A stretch of DNA of 64,000 nucleotides. Source: an uncultured Alphaproteobacteria bacterium (lineage in GTDB: Bacteria > Pseudomonadota > Alphaproteobacteria > HIMB59 > GCA-002718135). The notes below the pieces were generated by a model. The model was not told where the DNA came from. It saw nothing but the letters and a program-made list of their open reading frames with translations, and searched no databases. Location: assembly GCA_902627245.1 (NCBI GenBank), contig CACOIH010000002.1, forward strand, positions 11,630-75,629. Direction: 5' to 3'. Position numbers and translations under genes: made by a program. Positions within the stretch are counted from its first letter, which is position 1. Each line of letters begins with the position of its first letter. Of the stretch, positions 39,861 to 48,118 are shown one piece after another.

Positions 39861-40631
39861 AAAATCAGTATTCTGTAAAATTAACCTAGAATTTTTTTGC
39901 TTAATACAATTATATCTAAACTTTAACCAAGATGAATAATCTACTTTATTATTTTTAATGACTTTACTGCAAAAATATAAAAAATATTTTTGAAATTGAT
40001 AATTTTTTTCAACGTTCCATTTTGAATTCATTAGATAGGTATGATGAGTTTTTTTAAATATATTGTTAATTAAATTACTACAATTAGGGCCTACAGCTTT
40101 ATTACCTATGCCCTTATCAGTTTTTTGATCTTTGTTAAAAAGATTAACAATAATTTTATCATATTTATGTTTTGGTAAAAATTTAAAGTCACCATTATAA
40201 TTCAGGGCAAATAATACTATTTCTGTTTTAGAATTAAATTTATGAAATTTATAAAACCAATTTTTGGGTAATATATCTAAAAAAGCAGAGCCTGTAACAA
40301 TATCAAATGATTTAAATTTAATTTTATCTAAATCATTAATGACATCAAAAATCTGAAATTTAGTTTTAATGATTTTATTTGATAATTTTAAATTCCGTTT
40401 AAAATAATTTATAGAATTTAAAGAAATATCAGTAAAAACCCAGTTTTGAGAAAATTTAAGCTTAGGTTTTAAGTAATTAAAATTAGAACCAGTACCCGTG
40501 CCAAGATCAATAATAGAAACAGGAGTATTATTATCAAATTTTTTATTGATTAATTGAATAATTTTTAAATTTCTTGATTTTTTGTCTACTGTCTCTCTTA
40601 GTTTTAACCAATTATTGTTGAATTCATGCAT
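39843..40631 (-). CDS. Class I SAM-dependent methyltransferase
   Basis: 262 aa with SAM motif I IIDLGTGTGSN and a post-I acidic residue (FTDIS). Confidence 0.7.
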   Translation of the reverse strand: MHEFNNNWLKLRETVDKKSRNLKIIQLINKKFDNNTPVSIIDLGTGTGSNFNYLKPKLKFSQNWVFTDISLNSINYFKRNLKLSNKIIKTKFQIFDVINDLDKIKFKSFDIVTGSAFLDILPKNWFYKFHKFNSKTEIVLFALNYNGDFKFLPKHKYDKIIVNLFNKDQKTDKGIGNKAVGPNCSNLINNIFKKTHHTYLMNSKWNVEKNYQFQKYFLYFCSKVIKNNKVDYSSWLKFRYNCIKQKNSRLILQNTDFLAIKK

Positions 40632-41697
40632 TATTTAATATTTTTATAAATTTAGTTGCTGACTCATTAGGAGTTAAGAAATATCTTTTATTTTTCTTAA
40701 CACTTTCATTTAATTTTTTAAAGTTATCTTTATTAAAACAATTTTCCAATATAAGTTTTTGCAAATATTTGACGTTAAAACGATCAAAATATAAAACTCC
40801 TTTATTATTTAATGTCTGATAAATAGTTTTTGTATAAAAAGTAATAATTGGTTTTTTAGCAATTAACGAATTTGCTAATGACATACCAAAACCTTCATAT
40901 TTACTTACTGAAATATAAAAATCTGTTTGCGAATAAAGTTTAGATAATTTTGAGTCTGATACTTTGCCTATAAAATGTATTTTTTTTGATAATCTGTGAG
41001 TTTTGACGTATTTTTTAATTTTAATGTAATATTCATTATCTCTCGAAGTGTCGCCTATTATATTTAGAGAATAATTATTAAAATTCTTAAATACTTTTAA
41101 TAAAAAAAGATAATTTTTCCTATCAATTATACTTCCACAAGTGAGGAAAAATAATTTATTTTTTTTATTGTGCTTATGTTTTTTCATTCTTGGTATACCC
41201 GGTTCAACAACAGATATTTTGTGTCTTTTAATTTTAAATTCATTAATTAATAGAGTTTTAGTTTCAGATGAAGTTACAATAAAATTATTAATTAAATTTA
41301 AATATTTTTTTTCTAATTTAAAAAACTTATTAGCAGTTTTACCTTTAAATTCTAATGACAAAGGATGATGAATTAATCCTACTACTTTATAATCTTTAAA
41401 TTTTTTAAATACGTTATACATGCCCTCAAGAGCTAGTCCGTCAATTACAATGGTTGACTTAATTGGAATATCTTTTAAAATTTGTAGAAAGTGTTTTAAA
41501 TCTTTTTTATTAGGGAACGGGTAATTTGACGATAGTGCAACTGGGTGCATATTAATATTTTTTTTTTTACAATAGGATATTATATTTTTTTCATAAATAT
41601 AGCCTCCAGTTTTAGCATTAATATTTCCTGGATAAATAAAGTAAATTATTTTGTTTTTATTAATTAATTTGTTGCTCATAGGTAGCCCATGCAACAT
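40624..41697 (-). CDS. GT-B glycosyltransferase, group 1 (GT4-like)
   Basis: 357 aa with a C-terminal E-x7-E-type segment SKYEGFGMSLANSLIAKKPII. Its start (41697 or 41679) overlaps the PTPS-like gene by 38 or 20 nt. Confidence 0.8.
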   Translation of the reverse strand: MLHGLPMSNKLINKNKIIYFIYPGNINAKTGGYIYEKNIISYCKKKNINMHPVALSSNYPFPNKKDLKHFLQILKDIPIKSTIVIDGLALEGMYNVFKKFKDYKVVGLIHHPLSLEFKGKTANKFFKLEKKYLNLINNFIVTSSETKTLLINEFKIKRHKISVVEPGIPRMKKHKHNKKNKLFFLTCGSIIDRKNYLFLLKVFKNFNNYSLNIIGDTSRDNEYYIKIKKYVKTHRLSKKIHFIGKVSDSKLSKLYSQTDFYISVSKYEGFGMSLANSLIAKKPIITFYTKTIYQTLNNKGVLYFDRFNVKYLQKLILENCFNKDNFKKLNESVKKNKRYFLTPNESATKFIKILNNA

Positions 41698-42058
41698 TAG
41701 ATTCTTGTAATGATATTTTAATTTTTTTTAATATTTTATAATCGTTGGGATAATCGCTTTGCAATTTATTTAATATTTTTTCACATATATTTTTAGCTAA
41801 AAATTCAGTTGAAGTAATGATATCTTTAAATTCATCAACTTCATCTAGATTTTTATAATTATAAACTTTTAAAGTATCTTTAAGAATAGTTGTTACAACA
41901 CCAAGGTCCATAATTATATTATATTCATTAAGCTTATCAGTAAAAAATTCTGCATCTACCAAGTATGTTGCGCCATGCATATTTTGAGCTGGTCCAAATA
42001 CCTCACCTGGTAATGAATGAGCAATTAATATATTTTCTCTTACTTTTATAGAATACAT
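41660..42058 (-). CDS. 6-pyruvoyl-tetrahydropterin synthase-like T-fold protein (atypical metal site)
   Basis: 132 aa with IAHSL...NMHGATYLVDAEF. This is PTPS/QueD-like, but the usual HGH triad reads HGA. Confidence 0.65.
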   Translation of the reverse strand: MYSIKVRENILIAHSLPGEVFGPAQNMHGATYLVDAEFFTDKLNEYNIIMDLGVVTTILKDTLKVYNYKNLDEVDEFKDIITSTEFLAKNICEKILNKLQSDYPNDYKILKKIKISLQESNVAWATYEQQIN

Positions 42059-42060
42059 AT

Positions 42061-43020
42061 TTAATATTTTACTAAATGCATAATTGTGTTTTTATTATTT
42101 AATATCTTAAAATAATCACTTTCTAAATTAAAAAAATCACTTTCACTAGTAATTAATTTTTCTAATTTTTTACCTTTTAAAGAATTAATAGCTAATTTTA
42201 ATCTTTTTTCATAATCATACTTTTTTTGCATATGATAAGGTATCTGCGATACTTGAGAGCTGATTATCTTTAATCTTTTTGAATGAAAATAATCCCCTAA
42301 AGATAAATTTCCTTTTTTTGATCCATACCAGCTTGCTTCAACAATTTTACCCTCATTTACTAATAAAGACATAGATTTTTCTAAAACTTGGTAATTTGAG
42401 GTAGTGTTAATTATAATATTAAAATTTTTAGCCTGTTTTATATTTATATAACTTAATCCTAATAACTTAGCATATTTTTTTTTATTAATATTAATGTCAT
42501 ACACAAAAACATTTTTATAATTTTGAAGTTTAAAAAAATATGCAGTAAGTAACCCAACTGATCCTAAACCAAATATTAAAATTTTATCATTTTTATTTGA
42601 AACAGAGTCCCAAAAAATGTTTATAGCTGTTTCCATATTCGCAACAAGAACATATTTTCTTAAGTTATTTTTTGGCAATAAATTTATATTTTTAATTGGA
42701 ATTTCATAAATAGTTTGATGTGGAAATAAAGTAAAAATATTTTTATTTATTAAATTTTTTGGTCCATTAATTATTTTACCTACGTTTATATATCCATATT
42801 TTATAGGTAAATTAAAAGTTCCTTTTTGAAATGGTGCTTTCATTAAATGATATTGACTTTTATTTACTAATTTAGATGATATTAGTTTTTCAGTGCCCCT
42901 ACTTATTCCAGAATAAACTGTTTGTACTAAAACTGTTTTGGAATTTTTTTTATAATTAATTATATTATTTTTTATTATTGCTTGTTTTTTTTTATTAATC
43001 CATAGAGAATATGATTTCAT
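42061..43020 (-). CDS. Medium-chain (zinc-type) dehydrogenase/reductase family protein
   Basis: 319 aa with GISRGTEKL and a Rossmann GLGSVGLL. Confidence 0.7.
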   Translation of the reverse strand: MKSYSLWINKKKQAIIKNNIINYKKNSKTVLVQTVYSGISRGTEKLISSKLVNKSQYHLMKAPFQKGTFNLPIKYGYINVGKIINGPKNLINKNIFTLFPHQTIYEIPIKNINLLPKNNLRKYVLVANMETAINIFWDSVSNKNDKILIFGLGSVGLLTAYFFKLQNYKNVFVYDININKKKYAKLLGLSYINIKQAKNFNIIINTTSNYQVLEKSMSLLVNEGKIVEASWYGSKKGNLSLGDYFHSKRLKIISSQVSQIPYHMQKKYDYEKRLKLAINSLKGKKLEKLITSESDFFNLESDYFKILNNKNTIMHLVKY

Positions 43021-43033
43021 AATTTTCTTATAA

Positions 43034-43804
43034 ATGTATAATAAAAGAATGTTAACAAACTTTTATGAAGATTTATCATCTAGTGAAATTAAAAGAATAA
43101 ACAAAAAAACAGTATTAATTTTTCCTTTTTCATCAATTGAACAACATGGCTCTCATCTACCAATTAATACAGATAAGAAAATATTAGAAGGTATTCTAAA
43201 TGAATTTAATAGTAAATATTCCTCAAAAAAATATCTTATAATGCCACAAATTTATATTGGGTCTGCTAGTGAGCATAAATCCTACGACGGTACATTATCA
43301 TTAAATTCTATTGATTTTATTCAATATTCAATAAAAATAATTGAGCAATTATGTAAAAAAAAATTTAAAAATATTTTTCTTCTTAATAGTCATGGAGGGC
43401 AAATTAATCACCTGGATATTATTGGGAAAGAGCTTAAAGCTAATTATGATGTAACAATTGTAAAAGGAACATATTTTTTATTTGATGATTTCAAAGGAAT
43501 TATATCAAGAAAAGAGAAGGAGTATGGTTATCATGGTGGAGAATTTGAAACTTCTTTAATGCTTTACCTGTTTCCAGAATTAGTTAATTTGGATAAATTG
43601 ACGTCATATGAATACTCAACTGATTTAAAATCGACAAAAATAATTACATTAGAGAAAAATATAAAAAAATCTTGGTTAACTGAAGAAATAAGTAAAAGTG
43701 GTATAATTGGAAATCCTAGTAAATCCAATCAAGATAAGGGAAGGAAAATTGTTTTAAAGGTTATTAATTATATTAATAAAATTGTTAATGAGTTGTATAA
43801 TTAG
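43034..43804 (+). CDS. Creatininase-family amidohydrolase
   Basis: 256 aa with FPFSSIEQHGSHLPINTD, NSHGGQ and YHGGEFETS, which are typical of the creatininase / ArfB / MftE fold. Confidence 0.8.
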   Translation: MYNKRMLTNFYEDLSSSEIKRINKKTVLIFPFSSIEQHGSHLPINTDKKILEGILNEFNSKYSSKKYLIMPQIYIGSASEHKSYDGTLSLNSIDFIQYSIKIIEQLCKKKFKNIFLLNSHGGQINHLDIIGKELKANYDVTIVKGTYFLFDDFKGIISRKEKEYGYHGGEFETSLMLYLFPELVNLDKLTSYEYSTDLKSTKIITLEKNIKKSWLTEEISKSGIIGNPSKSNQDKGRKIVLKVINYINKIVNELYN

Positions 43805-44271
43805 TCTATTATTAAAACTACTTCTTCTTCATCTCTCAGATTATTATAAAACTTAACTTCTTCATAATTAACAATTTTTGATATTAATTCAATTTTATCT
43901 TTTGAAGAAGAGTAATATATTGGATTAAATGAATTATATCTTTTCTGAAACTCTAGAGCTTTAGTTTTATTTAAAGTCCAACTAAATCCATTAGTTGATC
44001 CAGCTCTATAAACTTTATTGGTTTTATTTATATTTTTTTTAAAAAATTTAATTGGTCTTCTCATATTTAAAATATCTTGCCATTTTTCTCTATTATGAGG
44101 TTCTGAGTTATGTTCAGACTTTGACCATGTATCAATAATAATATGCCAATGCTCTTTATCTGTTAAAGATTTTTGATAATTAGGTAACAATTCCCATAAA
44201 CCATCAACTTTCATCCAATCATGATAAGATAAAATACATTGTGATAATTCAAAATATGCACCTTTTGTCAT
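43801..44271 (-). CDS. Hypothetical protein
   Basis: 156-aa ORF. Its start is translationally coupled (ATGA) to the stop of the upstream histidine phosphatase gene. I recognise no family. Confidence 0.5.
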   Translation of the reverse strand: MTKGAYFELSQCILSYHDWMKVDGLWELLPNYQKSLTDKEHWHIIIDTWSKSEHNSEPHNREKWQDILNMRRPIKFFKKNINKTNKVYRAGSTNGFSWTLNKTKALEFQKRYNSFNPIYYSSSKDKIELISKIVNYEEVKFYNNLRDEEEVVLIID

Positions 44272-44837
44272 GAATTTATAAACTTGTTGTAAATTTCATC
44301 AAAATTGCAGATAAATAATTCGCAATTATCAAGCATATATTCTGTTATTTGGCTAAGATAAGTTCCATGACTTACTATAACAATATTTTCACTGTTAATA
44401 TTCTTTAATGAAATAATAAACTGCCTTAATCTTGCACGAATATCATTATGATTTTCTTGCTTAATCATTCTTTCATTAATAGGGATATTATTATTCCACC
44501 AATAATCTGACAGATTAGAAAAATCATAATCTATAAATTCTTTTTTTAATATCTTGGGTTGTCTTCCAACATCACAAGAATGATAAAGGTGTTCTCTAAT
44601 TAGAGGATCCAAAATAGGCTGTTTATTCGGAAAAACTATAGAAAATGTTTCCATAGTTCTTGTTAATGGTGAGCAAAAATATTTATCAAACGACAAATCT
44701 TTAATTTTTTGTGAAAGTTTTAATGCCTGTTCTTTACCTCTCTTTGTAATTCGTGCATCATAATAATATGTTGGATTATCTAAATCTGCTGCTGCATTAG
44801 CTTCTGATTCTGCATGTCTAATTAAATACAATTTCAT
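44268..44837 (-). CDS. Histidine phosphatase family protein (phosphoglycerate-mutase-like)
   Basis: 189 aa with LIRHAESEAN (RHG motif), SPLTRTMET and VSHG. Confidence 0.8.
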   Translation of the reverse strand: MKLYLIRHAESEANAAADLDNPTYYYDARITKRGKEQALKLSQKIKDLSFDKYFCSPLTRTMETFSIVFPNKQPILDPLIREHLYHSCDVGRQPKILKKEFIDYDFSNLSDYWWNNNIPINERMIKQENHNDIRARLRQFIISLKNINSENIVIVSHGTYLSQITEYMLDNCELFICNFDEIYNKFINS

Positions 44838-44908
44838 AGAGTTTAAATAGTTTAAAGGTTATAAACTAAATTAAAATAATTGTTTATTTTTAATATTAAT
44901 AAAATTTT

Positions 44909-45046
44909 TTATTTCTTTGATGCAACTGCAAGCAATAGAGGTATTATCATGACTAATGTCATTAAAACTGATGGATTAAACAACCAATATAATACTCCAA
45001 TTGCAAAAATTAGCATCCAAAATTCGTTTTTGTAAAAAAATTTCAT
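44909..45046 (-). CDS. Candidate 45-aa hydrophobic peptide (below the ORF-track cutoff)
   Basis: My own translation gives MKFFYKNEFWMLIFAIGVLYWLFNPSVLMTLVMIIPLLLAVASKK*. It has two hydrophobic helices and lies in an otherwise empty 223-nt gap. Confidence 0.3.
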   Translation of the reverse strand: MKFFYKNEFWMLIFAIGVLYWLFNPSVLMTLVMIIPLLLAVASKK

Positions 45047-45060
45047 AATCTTTAATAATA

Positions 45061-45957
45061 TTAATTCAAATTCTTATCTATTAAAACTTGTTTTACAGTT
45101 TCACCCATTACAGAGGGATTTTTAGAAATTGTAACTCCACATTCTTTTAGAAGTTCAACTTTTTCTACAGCACTTTCTCCATAAGCTGAAACAATAGCAC
45201 CTGCATGTCCCATTACTCTTCCCTTAGGTGCAGTTAAACCAGCAATATAAGCTATAACAGGCTTATTCATATTCTCTTTGGCAAATTGACCTGCGGCTAC
45301 CTCTTGAGGACCTCCTATTTCTCCAATCATTAAAACTGCAATTGTCTCATCATCAGTTTCAAATTTTTCTATAATATCTCTAAAAGAACTTCCATTGATA
45401 GGATCTCCCCCAATACCTACACTTGTTGAGACACCAATATCCAAATCCTTTAGTTGTTGGGCTGCTTCATAACCTAACGTTCCTGATCTGCTCACAATTC
45501 CTATCTTACCCTCTTTGTAAATATGACCAGGCATTATGCCTAACATAGATTTACCAGGACTAATTATGCCCGCACAATTAGGTCCTACTAAACCCATTTT
45601 TTTATCTTTTGAATATCTTCTCATATATCTTTTTATTTTGACCATGTCATGAGATGGAATACCATCTGTAATAGCTACACAAGTTTTAATACCTGCATCA
45701 GCAGCTTCCATTGCTGAGTCTGCTGCAAAAGCAGGTGGTACAAAAAGTATAGATGTAGAAGCACCTGTTTGATCAACTGCTTCTTTAACTGTATTAAATA
45801 CTGGAAGATTTAAGTGTGTCATTCCACCTTTTCCTGGAGTAACACCTCCAACTATATTAGAACCATATTTAATCATTTCTTCCGCATGAAATGTACCTAT
45901 CTTACCAGTGAAACCCTGTACTAGTATTTTCGTATTTTTATGAATTATTATCGACAT
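45061..45957 (-). CDS. mtkB: Malate--CoA ligase (malate thiokinase) alpha-type subunit
   Basis: 298 aa with the CoA-ligase alpha fold and phosphohistidine loop MGHAGAIV. NCAGIISPGKSMLGIMPGHIY and ITDGIPSHDM..KRYMRRY match MtkB as I recall it, not SucD (NCPGVITPGECKIGI). It sits in an operon with mcl. Confidence 0.75.
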   Translation of the reverse strand: MSIIIHKNTKILVQGFTGKIGTFHAEEMIKYGSNIVGGVTPGKGGMTHLNLPVFNTVKEAVDQTGASTSILFVPPAFAADSAMEAADAGIKTCVAITDGIPSHDMVKIKRYMRRYSKDKKMGLVGPNCAGIISPGKSMLGIMPGHIYKEGKIGIVSRSGTLGYEAAQQLKDLDIGVSTSVGIGGDPINGSSFRDIIEKFETDDETIAVLMIGEIGGPQEVAAGQFAKENMNKPVIAYIAGLTAPKGRVMGHAGAIVSAYGESAVEKVELLKECGVTISKNPSVMGETVKQVLIDKNLN

Positions 45958-47120
45958 TAATTACTTAAAGCCTTTACTGCCTTATTTGCTGCATCTTCCA
46001 ATGTGCTAGCTTCAATGTAATTTATCTTACTTTTTTTTAAAATTTCATTTCCTTTTTCAACATTTGTTCCAGCTAGCCTAATTACTAATGGTAAAGAAAT
46101 TTCTATTTTATTTAATGCTTGTACTATTCCTTCAGCAACCCAATCACATCTATTTATACCTGCAAAAATATTTATTAATATTACTTTAACTTTTTTATCC
46201 ATAGAAATAAGCTTAAACGCTTTGACTATTTTTTCTGGAGTAGCCCCTCCTCCAACATCTAAGAAATTTGCTGGTTCACCTCCAGCAAGTTTTATCATAT
46301 CCATAGAAGCCATCGCTAATCCAGCACCATTAATGATATTACCAATATTTCCATCAAGACTTACATAATTCATACCTCTGTCAGAGGCATAAACTTCATT
46401 AGAATTTTCCTGAGTTTTATCTCTAAGTTCTGAAATTTCATCCCTTCTAAACATTGCGTTATTATCAAAACTCATTTTACAATCTAAAGCAAAAATTTCA
46501 TCTTGTTGTGATACAACTAAAGGATTAACTTCAACCATCGTTGCATCAAGTTCACTAAATGCTTTATAACAACCAATAATAGTATTTGCAGCTCTTGAAA
46601 TTAGTTTAGGTTCAATTCCTAAACCAAATGCAATCTCTCTAGCTTGAAATTGCTGAATGCCAACTGCAACTTCAATTTTACTTCTAATAATTGTTTCAGG
46701 TTTTTCTTTTGATATTTCTTCAACACTCATGCCTCCCTCTGTAGAAGCAACAACCATTATACTTTCTGATGATCTATCGAATACCAATCCTAAATATAAT
46801 TCATGCTTAATATCGGTAGCTTCCTCAATATATATTCTATTTATAATTTTACCCTCTGGCCCTGTCTGATTAGTAACAAGTTTTTTTCCTAATAATTTAT
46901 CTGTAGCATCTGCTACTTCTAAGGGTGAGTTACAAACTATTATACCACCTGCTTTACCTCTTGCTCCTGAATGTACTTGTGCCTTAACAACCCATTTAGA
47001 ACCACCAATTTCTCTAGCTTTGTTTTCTGCATTCTCAGGACTGTATACTATTCCACCTGTAGGTATTTTAACTCCAAAATCAGATAAGATTTTTTTAGCT
47101 TGATACTCGTGAATATCCAT
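45957..47120 (-). CDS. mtkA: Malate--CoA ligase (malate thiokinase) beta-type subunit
   Basis: 387 aa with ATP-grasp N-terminus MDIHEYQAK. GIQQFQAREIAF and FAGINRCDWVAEG resemble MtkA rather than SucC. Confidence 0.75.
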   Translation of the reverse strand: MDIHEYQAKKILSDFGVKIPTGGIVYSPENAENKAREIGGSKWVVKAQVHSGARGKAGGIIVCNSPLEVADATDKLLGKKLVTNQTGPEGKIINRIYIEEATDIKHELYLGLVFDRSSESIMVVASTEGGMSVEEISKEKPETIIRSKIEVAVGIQQFQAREIAFGLGIEPKLISRAANTIIGCYKAFSELDATMVEVNPLVVSQQDEIFALDCKMSFDNNAMFRRDEISELRDKTQENSNEVYASDRGMNYVSLDGNIGNIINGAGLAMASMDMIKLAGGEPANFLDVGGGATPEKIVKAFKLISMDKKVKVILINIFAGINRCDWVAEGIVQALNKIEISLPLVIRLAGTNVEKGNEILKKSKINYIEASTLEDAANKAVKALSN

Positions 47121-48058
47121 TATTTACTTTCAATTAGCTTGTTTATATTTACGATATTCTCAGCCATCCTTGCAGAAGCAGCGTCAATCATTCTACCATC
47201 AAGTTGTGCAGCACCTTTGCCTTCTGCTGCAGCTTTATCTAATTCCTCTAAAATACGTTTAGCTTTATTTACTTCATCATTTGGAGGAGAAAAAACTTTA
47301 TTTGCTAAATCAATTTGTGAAGGATGAATTGCCCACTTTCCCTCAAAACCAATTGCCGCAGCTCTTTTAGCAGCATCCAGATATCCCTCTTTATCATTAA
47401 AGTCTCCAAATGGTCCATCTATTGCTCTTAGTCCATATGATCTACACGTCATAACAAGTGTAGATAAACCATGATGCCATTGATCTCCAGGATAATCTGG
47501 GTTTAGTCCACCTATTACAACTGTTCTAGCTCTCATACTTGCAGCATAATCAGCAACACCAAAATGTAGTGCTTCCAGTCTTGAACTTGATTTAGCAATA
47601 GATTGAATATTAGACATTCCAAGTGCCGTTTCAATAAGGCATTCCAATCCTATAGTATTTTGGAATTTTTTATTTTGCTCTATTTGATTGAGCATGCAGT
47701 CTACCATATATACGTCTGAAGCGGAGCCAACCTTTGGTATTAACAAAGTATCTACTTTATCTCCTACCTCTTCAATAATTTCAATTACATCACGATACAT
47801 GTAATGAGTATCTAATCCATTTATTCTAATTGAAATAGTTTTGCCATTATCCTTCCAATTAAGTTCTTTTATAGCAGTTATAACATTTTTTCTTGCGTCT
47901 ATTTTATCGTTTGGAGAAACAGCATCCTCTAAATCTAAAAAAATATAATCTGCATTTGAGTTTAATGCTTTTTCAAACATTTTTGGAGAAGATCCTGGAA
48001 CCGCTAATTCACTCCTTTGAAGTCTAGACTTGGCAGGTTTGTAATATAGATGACTCAT
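47120..48058 (-). CDS. mcl: L-malyl-CoA / beta-methylmalyl-CoA lyase (HpcH/HpaI-CitE family)
   Basis: 312 aa. RSELAVPGS, IFLDLEDAV, RINGLDTHYMYRDV, LIETALGM, FGVADYAAS and EGKWAIHPSQIDLAN align along the whole length with methylotroph MclA as I recall it. Confidence 0.85.
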   Translation of the reverse strand: MSHLYYKPAKSRLQRSELAVPGSSPKMFEKALNSNADYIFLDLEDAVSPNDKIDARKNVITAIKELNWKDNGKTISIRINGLDTHYMYRDVIEIIEEVGDKVDTLLIPKVGSASDVYMVDCMLNQIEQNKKFQNTIGLECLIETALGMSNIQSIAKSSSRLEALHFGVADYAASMRARTVVIGGLNPDYPGDQWHHGLSTLVMTCRSYGLRAIDGPFGDFNDKEGYLDAAKRAAAIGFEGKWAIHPSQIDLANKVFSPPNDEVNKAKRILEELDKAAAEGKGAAQLDGRMIDAASARMAENIVNINKLIESK

Positions 48059-48118
48059 AAAAGTGAGTTTTTATATTTCATTAATTTTATAAAAGCGATA
48101 AAAAAATACTTAATTTTG

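Noticed and set aside
43034-43804. The idea that the creatininase-family gene is an ArfB-type deformylase, working with a GCH II paralogue that stops at the formylated (FAPy) product
   Set aside because: The GCH II domain retains the Tyr (NKMRAYSLQ) that, as I recall, distinguishes full GCH II activity from the Met-containing FAPy-forming paralogues. A dedicated deformylase is therefore not obviously needed. I keep only the generic amidohydrolase call.
43801-44271. Possible ADP-ribosyltransferase R-S-E motif (VYRAG ... FSWTL ... DEEEVV) in the 156-aa hypothetical protein
   Set aside because: The Arg-to-Ser spacing is only about 8 residues, whereas classical R-S-E ARTs have tens of residues. 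Three short motifs are easily matched by chance in a Lys/Glu/Ser-rich protein. This is not supportable without a structure or HMM hit.
45061-47120. Calling the two ligase genes sucD/sucC (succinyl-CoA synthetase)
   Set aside because: The operon partner is a full-length malyl-CoA lyase. The diagnostic segments (NCAGIISPGKSMLGIMPGHIY; FAGINRCDWVAEG) fit malate thiokinase better than SucD/SucC. No sucAB or mdh context is present.
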